Positions 25,421 through 37,775 of a DNA stretch of 64,000 bases are shown here, piece after piece. A program made the position numbers and the translations under genes. Origin of the DNA: Raillietiella orientalis. Taxonomy: Eukaryota. The DNA lies in contig JAYWIR010000022.1 of assembly GCA_036172245.1 (NCBI GenBank), positions 868,001-932,000 on the forward strand, in the 5' to 3' direction. Position 1 is the stretch's first letter. Every line of letters starts with the position of its first letter. The notes beneath the pieces are model-generated. The model was not told the DNA's origin. It saw only the letters and a program-made list of their open reading frames with translations, and did no database searches.

Positions 25421-28400
25421 CAGCGGGAAGTTCCGGTCGGTCGACTTGGTCAGGTCTGAAGACTGCTTAAGTTAGGAAACACCCTTCTTCCCTTTTTCGA
25501 ACCCATCATTCAAAGGTGTGGGCTGTTCATCTGCTGCACAGCAGGTGGGCACGGGATCCACCGCCCCTCTTCCAGCCACCCCTCAGAAAACCTTGGCACC
25601 GCGTCCCCGAAGCCTGCGCAGAGCTGAGCCGAACGTAAGGACCCGGAGGGCAGTGGGGCGGCAGCCGGCCAACCGTGCATTGGAAGGTGGGAGTGGAAAA
25701 CAAACGCTGGCGGCGCAAAACCCTTGTTTTGCGCCACCGGGTGAAGAGAGGGCGAGACATCTCACCAGTCCGGAGCGCTGGCTCTGACACGCCAGCACTT
25801 CGGACCGCATCGCAAGCTCCCAGGACGGGTTGCGCGCGGATCGTGCAAATAAAGTGACCTGGAATCAGTTGTCGACCCACCCACCCCACCCTGCGCTACG
25901 AATGGGGTGTGCTGAAAGAGGCGACAGGTCTGCCGGCACAAAAGGAAGATGGAGATTTAGCTTGGTCGAGGGGACGGAATAGCACCTGTCCACCGTCCGA
26001 TAGTGAGGGTAGTACGAGCAGGCGTAGTCTTGGCTCTCTCTTCGGCATGCTTGTACCCCTGAAAGCCGCTCGTAGACGAACCGCTGGCAGAACAAAGGGA
26101 AAACCTACCCCGGTGTGCCTCCTGAGAGTTTAGGCATATCAACCCTCTCCTCTTCCCTTCATTCTTTCACCGCGAGAGCAGCGTTCGGTTGGTTCGGTAT
26201 GCAGCGTTCGGTAGCCTTCCTCGTTCTCTGAGCCTCGGTCATTCAGAACTCTGTGCTTCCCTTCTCTCTCTTCTCCAGTTCATCGGGATTTGCTTCCGCC
26301 CCAGCAGCTGCGCTCTCCGCCATGACTGCCTTTTGTGCGCCTGCGCGCATCGGTCCCGTGCCTGCCTTGGAACTGTCAGCTGCCGGGAAGGAAGGGGGGA
26401 AGGGGAAGGAGGAAGAAATTCCAGATAACCCGCCTCCGCATTTGAAAACCATTGAAAGCAGCCCGACTTTCCATACGAACCGCCGTCTCCACTAAGGAGA
26501 CGAGGAAGAAGAGAGACTTCGAGAATGTCGAGAACCCGTCCAGCAGGCTGCGCGTGATCTGCACGTGATCCACTTCTGCCTTGAGAGGCATCTCAGGGAA
26601 TGGGAAGGGGCAAAGAAATCCGCAAGGCTTACGCCGATATGGGCAGATCCTGGTACCGATTGCCACTCTGCGAAAATCCTCCCCTCTGGACCGGAGATCG
26701 CATTACCTTATTTTTTTTTTTTTTTTCATTTTTTAATTTTTCATTTTTAATTTATTTCTGCTCCCCCAACGAAAAATTCCAATTAAGCGGAACTCGAAGA
26801 AGAGAGAAAGAATGGGAAAGGGCAGCATCCCTCCCTAGAAACACTCAGTGCCACCTGCTGCGCGAGATCTCTTGAGCTATGTTTTCCAGATGCGTGAGTG
26901 GTAAGGACGTTCAAGAGCTTTTTCACTTCGAATGGGAGCGAGAAGAGAGACACGGAAGGGGAGAAGAGTGCAAGGTTCCCCCTGATGATGATCCAAGTCC
27001 CAAGATCGATCCATGGCACTGCAAGCTGTGCAGTTCCGACGACACTACCACACGCAATCGAGGGGTGATAAGGTTGCCCGACGACAGCCCGATGACAGAG
27101 AATTCGCGAAAGAATGCCACAGAAACCAATAAGTGGCGAATTTTCGATGCCCGTTCACCTTTCGTTTCTGTTGGAAACTCGGGAAACGTAGCAGTGCTTT
27201 TTTACAAACTACAAGAGCTCTGTGCTCTGAAGACACCCGACCAGTAATTCCTTTTCGGCTCGCTCTCTTTGAGATCCATCCAACAAGACGATGAGGAATC
27301 GGCTTCGGCGATTCCACTGTCAAGGAAAACCACCCTCAGGAGGTGAGCGGCGACGCCCTCCTCAACGAAAAAGTTCAGCGTCCTTCAATCTGGAAAGCTG
27401 AGATAACTAAGTCTCCGCCTACTCTCCCATCAAGTTCCTCTTCCCAGGAGGCTCTTTAAAGCAGGAGACTTGCGTTTTCGTGCGCTTCATCCCACCGCAA
27501 AGCAGTGCTCATCAACGGTTTGTGAAACTTCGCTCCCAAATATCCGTGCGCGACAACTCCAGTCGGCAAAACGGAAGTCCGTTCCGAGGTCACCTATTAG
27601 ACCATGCAAGTGCACTCGGCCGACTGCAGATCGTGCTTCGTTTCCTATGTACGTACTCACTTTGTGAAAAGGGCGCAAAGATTCGCATCTGGACTCTTTG
27701 GCGGTTTACCCGTCCCCACAAATCAAACCTCCCGAGAACATTGTCTTTAAGAGCGCACGCACCTTCATACCCCTCCCCTCCCTAATCTGTTACGAGTACG
27801 GAGCACAAAGCAGCACCGTTTCCCTGTAAGCCCTCCATAAAACAGTCCTCTTTCCTCACTCGCATCTGAAAACTGCACAAAAAAAAAGGAAAAGCTGCCC
27901 TGCCTCACAACGCATCTTTTCTCTGCTTTGGCGTCGTTTCGCTGCACACTCCCTTCGGTTCCATTTTACTTCCACTAAGGTTTTCAAACAGCATGCCTTC
28001 TTTGCTCCGTGCTCGTCTTCTTTGGAAGAGAGCCGATTCGCACAACGATAGCGGTTGCACGCCTTCTCGGTCATCGTTCCCCACGTGCACTTCATCACCT
28101 CACTCCGTGGCCGAGTGGTATCTTTTTGAGATAAGATTGCTTACTCTATTCTTATCCCTTATAGATTCCGATCTCTTATTCCTATCTCTCGTACTGTGAA
28201 GGATCAGTTCACAAAAGAATAAAAGCATTTGGAAACCGTCAAAACCATGGAAGTCGATCAGCAGAGTCATCGTCACCTCATCCGCTCGTTTGCGCCCAAA
28301 TTGGCGCATGGAAACCATGAATCTTTTCTCTATTTTCCGGATCCTTAATTGGCATGCACCTCCGACCACCTTGTAGCTTCGTTAGGGCTTTTGCGGGGGA

Positions 28401-28849
28401 CTGTGCTTCCCGGCGATTCTCCTAATTCTAGAGAGTTATTCCCCTTCGGAGGAGTCGTTTCTTTCCCTGCTCCTTTCTCTACAGGAAAAAGCTGAGAATC
28501 TCTACAGAGTCTACAGAGCCACGCTTCAAAATGCTGAGATTTTTTCTTTCCTTTGCCTACCTACGTAACGAACCTGTTCTTTGTTCAAACGAAGTAGAGT
28601 TTCCCTATTTGGCAGAACTCACCTGCTTTCCACAGTTTTAACCGTCCAATTTTTTTAGACTTCCTCTTTTGGAGAAAGAGCAGTTGTTTCTCTCTTAGGT
28701 GCACGTTTACGCAACGTGTACTGAGAGGGCGTGTATCTGTTAGGACTATTACGTCATTCTTCCTTTCAACCTTTCTCCTTCACAAAACCTCTCTGGTAGA
28801 TCATCCTCAATGCAATGACCTGTGAACTTGGTAAGCAGAAGATGCCCTC

Positions 28850-29070
28850 TTATACGCCTTTGTTTCTGAAAAGTCTACTTATTGGTCCACTTAGCCTCGG
28901 TTGACATCTGAACAGCACTTCTATGACGACCAGTGTCTTTCTTTCCACCTTCGAGAACTCCTCGGATACTGTCGATAGCTTCACATCCATGAACCGAAAG
29001 AAATCTGAGTATCTACCATGAGCCGTTCGTGGTTGTAATGTTCCGATGTCGGGAGCGAGAAAGTAGGGGG
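28850..29070 (-). mobile_element. Ty3/Gypsy-type LTR retrotransposon RNase H remnant
   Basis: DIGTLQ...KLSTVSEEFSKVERKTLVVIEVLFRCQPRLSG resembles GIGAVLxQ...KLSxAExNYSxIEKExLAVxxAxxKFxPYLxG. Weak gag-like remains may extend to ~29950. Confidence 0.5.
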
Positions 29071-32000
29071 GGGGGGGGTAAACTTTCGTATTTGAATTAC
29101 TCAAAACACACTGTCCTTCTCCTGATCAGAGCCACTGGGTCGATTACTCAGCAGCAGCTTTCTTGTCACTTCTTCAAACCCCGATTATCGAATCTGAATC
29201 TATGCATAGCCCTACACATTAAGGCACCCACCGTTCGGGCAAACGATCTATGCGATTGCTACCCTTTGGGAGTACATTCCTATCTGATCTCCTGGTAACC
29301 TTCAAATGCTTACTTGGCTGTTCCAAGCTTAAATGAAAACTCATTCCCTGACCATCACACGAGAAGTCTCGTCTGCATGAACTGCATTCTGATGAGGGCA
29401 TCGAATCTGGACTGATCCCTCCGATTTCTTCTACGACCGGTTTTCGTCCTGAAAAGCGATCGGCTTTACGATTCGGGCTACAGGCTCATCTTCTTCCAAT
29501 TAGACGATCTCCTCGCAATTTCTTCCTGGCACGATCCTTGGTATCTCAGCCGCCAGATGCTTCCTGGTTCATATTCTCTAAGCAATGTGTTCCATCCCAG
29601 CATTTTTGGCCTCTGAAGGAATTCGTTTATTAATTCGCCTGGCTTCCGCTGCTGCTACAGGCTGCTTACTGGTAGACGCTGAGGCCCTTTCACTTATCAG
29701 AGTTTGCCTGTCTGCTTATGCACCAACGCTACCCACGAGGAAGTATGGTCCTTAATTCCCTCATGCATAAGTCACTCGTGTCGTCCAGATCTTCTATAAT
29801 ATCGAAACTGATTCTCTGCTTCCAATTTCTTTTTCCTAGCTGCTTTTCCACGAATTGCCCTTGAATCAGTCGAAAATATCGCATGACCCTGTTATATGAA
29901 GATCTCGCCGAAGAATTATCACAAAGGATCACCAGAGTCCTGAGCTAACACTCTAGATTCGAGAGAAAAACTGCAAAGTAGAATTGTAGTGTATACAAGT
30001 GATCTTGTTTCAGTGCCTCTTTCATCCATCATTGGATGTTGCTTTCTGCATGTTATCTTTGAATACGCTTGCAACTTGACTTCTGATGTCCCACGAATGC
30101 AGATCCTTCGGTTTGCACACCAGATAGATTCTTTATTCTTTCTTTCTTTCTTTTTGCTCGGTTTCTCAGAAAGTGAGCAGAGGGAAGAAGTTGAAGATCA
30201 AGAATAAATAAAGCTCTATGAGAAACGATATAGAATAAATAAAGCGAAACTGAAGGAAAGAAGAAGAAAAGTGCATACAATGAGTCGGCTCTCCTTAGAT
30301 CTAGAAAATGGTTAGTGAAGCCTTCCTCAACATCCTGTTCTCAGAGTTGTTTTTTTTGTTATGTTTTTCGAAACAACGCAAAAAGTGCCTTCTCACAGAA
30401 GTCAGCACAGATGACGTACGTGGGCGTTTCTTGGTAATGGGGAAACATATTGAGCTGCTGAAAGTCGAATGGAAAAAACACGTTCCGCTTCACCTACATC
30501 CATCACGGTGCCGTCCAGACACAAGCCGGCAGCGATGGTTGCATGTCTGTCCTGGCACAGGTGTCCTCTGACTTTCCTGGCTGAACAGTACGTGCAATCT
30601 GGCGTTGCCTCCATCCCCGTCACCGCCGACTCAGGAAGTAGCCCGCGCCAGGGCATCTCATCACTACCACCGCGACTCCTCTGAGAGGGTCTAAAGCGCA
30701 GTGCTCCGGTGTCCCACCCGAGTGTCCCTGAGCTGCAGCTAACGGTTTTCGTATGACAACCATCGATGCACGGACGCAACTCGTCGTGGGCTCCCCGCCA
30801 CAACATCCCTAGAGAGAAGATCCACAAGAGCAACAGCAAGATCAAAACCAAAAACCTGAAAAATAACCCCCATTCTTCCAAAACACGAGCAACCTTCCCC
30901 CCTCCTCCCCCTTTTTTTTAACTTGAAATGAAAATAGCGTGACCAAGCATTCCGACGACCGCCGCTTTCACCCCTCTCAAGATAAAGACAGAACCGCTTG
31001 TCCGACATCGATTCTTCCAAAAGGAAACACACTTGGATTGTAGTCAACATACTGCATGCTACACACTCTCTCCACATGGTGAACGCAGGACCCTGGTCTT
31101 CCAGCATCGCACCTTGGGAAATTTTGCCCAGTGCCCCCGCAAACGGAGTCACGTGCTTATAAATTATAAAATGGTGGCACCTCTATAAAATCCTGTTCTT
31201 TCAGTTTTAAATGTAAATGATAAATGCCATTTTTGTGTGTGTTTTCGTTTTCTGCTTTTTTGATGCCAGTCTGTAGCACCGACAACTAATAGGGCGCATT
31301 CCGACGTATTGGCAAACCTGCAACGAAGTCGAAGATGCACCAGCGGTTCCGACCAAGTACCAAGCAGCTTTCCCAATAGAATCCTTTGCTGGTTTGGTGC
31401 ATAATCCGCAATGAATCTACATTACGAAACCATCCTTATCAAAGATTACACCCATTTGCATTAGTATCTGATCCGTTAGCTTCAAATATTTCTCATGGGC
31501 TTGTAGGACGAAAACAAATCAACCTCTCAACTCCACTGAAGTAAATGAGAAATCAAAGTACAAGCAGCATCCATCTAGAGATGGCATAAGTGGACGGAGA
31601 TGAAGATTGCTTTACTTTATTGTTCAACCTTATCTAAATCGTAACTGATTCGTGCACACCGAGTAATGACTACAACAGGAAAATGAGCTAAACATGACAC
31701 ACGCGCTGAGAGCTGGCATGCAGTTTACATGCCAGCATTAGAGCAGAAAAAATTAGAAAGATGGGAAACATATTGGACGTAAGGAATTTCAATTTGGAGT
31801 ACAGCTGCAGTCAAGATGTGCATTCTGATACTCTCGATGCAGGTGAGGAAAAGTCTACAGAATGATCTAACCAAATCAACCGCGAAACTGCTTTTTAAGC
31901 TTGCAATTCGTCTGGAAGGTCATCTGGCCAATGTGTGATCATCAGCGGTACAAAAACTAAGAATCTGCGTACTTATTGGCCTATGTACGAATAGCTGCAC

Positions 32001-32175
32001 AGTCAAGTGAAGTCGACATCACTGTGTTGTTAAGACCTTGCGTTTCATAAAAAATGATGGAAGCATTTAAAAATTCATGTATATTTTTCTATGCTCAAAG
32101 AGTTTTTTCCCTTACACAGCGGAGTGTGCAAATCACGAATTTTGGATATATTAATATGCTACTGCTGTACTCATG

Positions 32176-35100
32176 TCACGTCACACCTACATCCAAACCA
32201 ACATGATAGAAGTGTTCCCTTGCAAAATGATCACTTTGCTTTAAATGTTCGAATCGGTTGAAGAAAAGCTCACGAGCAAATCGGTAAAGTTCTAGGTCTA
32301 GAGCATTCCTTTCCATGATCAGCTCGAGTTGGTTTCTGGTTAGCAGGCTTTGCAAATGTGCAGCGCGCGTGCTGTTGTACTGCTGAAAGGACGTCACGAA
32401 GCGCAAATTAAAAGTCTCTTCGAAGAGATACTGGCTGATCTGCTGGAACTCTGTCAAACCGAAGAAGGCCATATGGGCCAAATTCATTTTGGCGCTGTTA
32501 AGCATCACACGATCAGCAGTTTCCCTGGGCATAAAAGATCGATTGTAGCAACCAACTTTTGTTAGATCTGCCAACATTCGCACTTGACGGTTATTTGCAA
32601 GATTAAATGGACATGCCAGGAATTCACTCAAGGTGACATCTTCCCAAGTGTCTCCTGAATAACACCTGGGTAGTTCTTCTAACGTTGCTTCTCTAAAACC
32701 ACACCAGTGCCGTGACTGTCTCCAAGTAGCACCACGGCGCACATGCAAATACTCGGACAAGTACCTTGAAATCGGCTCCCTCAGGATAGTCATGTAAAAA
32801 TACCTGAAACATCATCATGAGTAAACGCTTGCTTGCAGTCAGAAGAAAGGAAGCTTTTTCAAAAATTGAAGGTTAACATTAAAAAGATGAACGTTAGTCA
32901 TTTCCAAGCATTCGAGGAATGGATACGTTCTCCGTCAAAAAAAAAAAAAAAAAAAACCTCATGAACTACCAGAGCCGCCGCTTCCATTTCGAGAAGCACG
33001 CGTTGAGCAACGACTAAGGTGGAAAGGATGCAGACCAGAAAGCAGCTACGAAAAAAAAAAAAAAAGGGAACGCAACGCCACGTCACTCCTGCAACTCGAG
33101 CTGTTGAACAGTTTTTGATGAGCGCCAATCCCCAAATTGTAATCCCTGTCTTCCTTCCCCCCCATCTTCAGACTGCTTCGCCATCACCACCACTTCCGAG
33201 ACCGCAGCGGAACCTCGGATGGCGGTGCACCGAAGCACCTCGGCAAGTGGGGCGGCAGAGCTCGAATGGAGCTCCCCTCGGTTGCCATCGTGTCAAAGGA
33301 GAGCACCGACAACATCGACAAGAGACCGCGTGAAAAAGAGCACGCGCAACGCGCACGCACACATCTGGGCAGTTGGTCAACTCGAAAACCAACAGCAGAC
33401 CCTGCGGCAAGTCCGGACAAGTTCAACTTGGAATTTCGCTAGCGCCAATGTTTCGATGCAAAACTTTGCGATTCCTTCACGCTCGGTTTGGATACACATT
33501 GCTTGAAGGTCGAGGAACCACTAATAACGTTTGAAAAGCAAAAAGGGAACCTACCATGTAACGAATGCATCCCCTCTGAGAACGTTCGGCTAAATAAACA
33601 AATGCTGAGTCGAAAAACATCATATAGTGTAAGTGCACGCAGAATGGTTTAAAATATTGAGTGTATAATGAGCAAGGTTCTCACAAATTGATACGCACGA
33701 ATGCAATTGCCTGATTATTACTAGCCATGATCATCTTTGCCATATTCAGAATATGCAAACACGTTAAAACGAATCTCAATGCATTCTCGATTTCGTGCAG
33801 AAAACCCGAGGGAATATAAAGAAATGACAAGTACAAAATCTTTTGCATTAGGGCATATATTCGTGGATATCTTCAGCATAAACTATTACTTTATGAGGAA
33901 CTGCCAATGTAGTAAAAAAAGAAAATAATGGTGAGTGACTATTCGCTCCATCCATTGCCTCTACATGACTGCATTTTCATTAATAATAAAAACATAATTC
34001 TCTAAGATCATTTTGTGGTAAATTTCTTACATGTACGAAATCTAAAATACCGCACATACCACACATCTCATTAACTAAGTTTAAAAATTTATCTTTTGTT
34101 TCTCACAAAATCGCAAGGACTATGGCACAAAGAATTGCAAATGTTCGATGTAATCTGCTGCACTCATCCAATCCATAAATAAAAACCACTGGAGAAAAAG
34201 AACAATAGAAAGAATCTTCATGCTATTGTCTACCATTGATAATTTTCACAGTAGAGATTTCATCACAGTAAAAGTGCTCAAGACAACTTAAGATCTGAAT
34301 AATGGTAAACTCAACTCCAACTATGCACTATAATACACAACAAATTGTGCTTCAACAACAGAGTTTGCATTAAAACTGCACTTTGCACTAGAACAATTTT
34401 TTTTAGAAAATTTTTCGAGACATCTAGAAAAAGCTAACAAATTTAGAACTTGAGAATAATAAGCAAAGCTTTAGTACCTCATTTTTACAAAAACCATTGT
34501 GAAAATTAAAAAGGCAAAAAACAAAAAGATAATCACTCAAATAAAAGCATCCTCTAAGTAAACAGCACATAGGAGAGGCATAATTAACAGAAATATCTGT
34601 AAACTTCGAAAAATCAAACACACTTAAAACATGCTGTCTCCTAATACTTCAAAGAAATGGAATTTTTACGTTATTCCCTTTTGTCATACTTCTCACAAAT
34701 ATTACAACTCTTTTGAAACACATATTCTGATTCCAATATGAAAATAACCACAAATGCTAACACAAAATCAGGAGGATTCAATATGTATATGCTAAATAAA
34801 TATTTCATAATACCTTCTCTCAATGCTTTTGTTTTCTTTTCTATTGAAGTGAGAATCAACACAACTAATCAATTCTGTCCAGTCAGCATGCAAGCCACAT
34901 TTCCATCCAGTAGAATACCGTGAGAAAAGCCAATCCTCATGTGTACCAGGTCTAAAACATTGACATCTTTTTTTTCTGTGGCATACGCAGGGACTTTCCA
35001 GATATAAATTGTGAACTAATTGGCTCCCAAAAAATGTTCCACCTGTTTTTTGAATATGTAAAAACACCAACACATCATGACTTCTTATATCAAACTGAAA

Positions 35101-35370
35101 GTTCTCATTCAATATCTCATCAAATGATGGTCTAAGGACATTGAATTGATCATGAAGAAAAGTGGAACTATTCAGTTTATGCAACAGATAAAACTGTTCA
35201 GTAGTAAAGTAATTTACAGAAAACAATAATGCAAGAGTCAGTAGTGATAAGCTTACAATAAACATAATTCCATTTTTTGAAAACCTTTTCTTCTTGAGAG
35301 ACTTATCATGAAGGCTGGAAACTGGTAAAGTGATGCTTGTGCTATCTCTACATTCAGTTATGCTTTCCAT
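32176..35370 (-). CDS. Hs6st: Heparan-sulfate 6-O-sulfotransferase, 2 coding exons, 394 aa
   Basis: Exons 35370-34814 (557 nt) and 32803-32176 (628 nt), joined by a phase-2 GT-AG intron. Type II TM anchor, 5'-PSB motif VFLHIQKTGGT, WLFSRYSTGWKCGLHADWTEL, 3'-PB motif LREPISRYLSE, NLANNRQVRMLADL. An acceptor (cag at 35378-35376) just upstream of the ATG implies a 5'UTR exon further right. Confidence 0.97.
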
Positions 35371-37775
35371 TCCCACTGATAAAATTGTTTTGGCATGATA
35401 CTTGCCAAATAGTTTTTCTCTACTAATGTCCTGATAAGTTTTGCGTGCTTCTGATTAGTCTTGAATCTCAGAACTTTCCAAGTACACTACAAGCAATGAT
35501 TTCTGTTAATACAGCACGGCTATTCTAATGCTCTGATCCGACAGGGCATGTATTGGAAAAAACATCTTGCTTACAGTGGAATTCTAGTTCTTGCTTTCAT
35601 GCACTAAACTTAACCGCTACCATTACTTGTAATAGAAAATGATTAAAATTTCCTTTGCTGAACAAGCATGTAAGCATGATGGTAGGCTTCAAACAACCCA
35701 CTAGTACGATCGAAGGCATAAAGCACATTCCCACATTCCCTTGTGAACCAAGGCTGGGTGACTACATCATCCAGATCACTAATTAACTCCTAGGATTGCC
35801 TAGAACAATACTCCCAGAGATCAGAAGCCCACAGCTGCTTAAGTAGGTTTCGTTCCCAAATCTGTTACTGAGCTTGCAACCTAGTGATTTGACGATTGCT
35901 TCCTACATCTCACCGAGGTCTCAATGGGCGAGAATTGGGTCAAATTGAAAAATTATCCACGGTTGCCAAATTTTATGCAGCTGATGGCAGTTCATAGAGA
36001 TCAACATGTTAAATTACGATTCATAAACCGGTGTAGGTCTATACATTATAAGTTGTATGTGCGCACATATCAGCATACACAGCTATAACTATTTTATATA
36101 AGCACTATGCATTCCGCGCAGATATGCACTATTTTTTGAAAGATCAAATCACAAAAATGTTTTTCTAACGAAATCGAAAAATATATTTTAATATTAGCCC
36201 ATTTAGCCAAGATGGTGTGTTTAGAAATTACTACACTCACAATCCTCCTTTAGAGAGTACAATGTTTACATAGAGGCAGTATCCACTGCCAATTGTTGAA
36301 TTTGCAGCATATTAAAGTTATTGGTAACATGTTGAAATTCCATACTCTTAATGTAAACTGCTAACATTATATGATTACTCAAATTTGTGAAAATAAATTT
36401 TTGCTCTAATTTAAAACTACAAATTTTGTGATTTCATCGTATTTATATTTGAAATTACACTTGTAAACGAACCTGTGTGATTGAATTGATGGTTTGTGGA
36501 AAAACAGTGATTTGTTATTAGGCACTGGTGTAAAGAAAACAAAAAAGATTGATTTGCTCTTTCAAATGCATATGAGAGTGGAGTATAACTGCGTGGAAGA
36601 AATCTGTCTTAAAACAAAATTTAACGATAATAAAGTTGTGTAAGTTTAAACGATACTAGTATGGGTCTCCAGATTGTCATTGATAAGAAATGAAGTTCAT
36701 GTTGGTAAAAGGTGAAAGAAATAGGCGTATAGGGTAGGAGTTAACATTGGTTTGCGATTTGAAAGAACAGTATGTAGTTTTAATACTTCCGTGGTCTGGA
36801 ACCTGGTTGTGAGATGGCCTTTATTGCAAGGACAATAAAGTTCGATCAAAGAGACCAGCTTCCTCCCAAAGCAGATGCGGACAGAGTAACGTCCACTCGC
36901 AGGTCCACTCAAGGAGAGAACTATGTGTACAAAGGAAAGGGGATCCATGCGTTGTTAGGAAAATGCAAGATTTGCATTCATTTTCTCAAATCAGTTCATT
37001 CGTTAGAATTTACCAGTCTCTTTTCATGTCTGTAAGATATCCTGGATTCTAGGCAACTTGAAATACAACTTGGAATTTCGTAAACATTCTTTCTAAGCAA
37101 GGAAATGGAATACACGTTAATATACGAAAGTGCAACTGTTTCTTCTGTTGTGTTCTCATTGTGAAGAGCATTTTATTAAATATTTAGTCGTATTCGACGC
37201 ATAAATGCTCATTCAATTTTGGGAATTCAGTTTTAATGTTTGTAAATAAAAGTACGATGAACAAACCAAATGCACTTTTCTTGCATACATATTTAGATCC
37301 TTCGATTATACCTACGTCTAAATATCATAAAGTATCATGCATTGCTGTGATTGCAATTAATTCTTCCATCATTATAGTACCTGTGGTCATGTAATCTCTT
37401 CATGCATATATGATTCCATGTATAAGGCGGTTACGTCATGTAAATGGGTGTGTTTGTATAAATGCACGTTTATTAATGCTGCCTCCTTTAAAAACCAACT
37501 GCATGTTTACAGTTGAAATCAAGATTTGCCCACAATTATACGGTCTTTGTTCCGTCGGTGTGGTTTATGATTGCGAATAAATGGATTTGTAATCAAAGCG
37601 TGCTATTAATTATTCCCTTTAAGATTGTGTTTACATGTGCATTTTTGTTGTGGTTGCTGTTGTGTAAGGAATGTGTTTACAGCAGATGAAGAGGAAAAGA
37701 AAATAAATTGCAAGAAATCTTTGAGAACTTATTTTCCCTAAAGCCTGTGTCGATTCACAGTTCTTAAATTCAGAA

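Noticed and set aside
214..27800. Hundreds of overlapping 60-250 aa ORFs in the GC-rich half
   Set aside because: They are Arg/Pro/Ser/Gly-rich, occur on all frames and show no motifs. This is expected from stop-codon scarcity at high GC. Only those overlapping SLC26/UGT exons or TE motifs were kept.
17530..31000. Array of alternative UGT first exons (UGT1A-like architecture)
   Set aside because: No second exon-1 paralogue is recognisable upstream within the window.
27000..34000. Chimeric assembly or contaminant join explaining the GC shift
   Set aside because: The transition is gradual, genes on both sides are arthropod-type, and Hs6st spans part of it with an intact spliced ORF.
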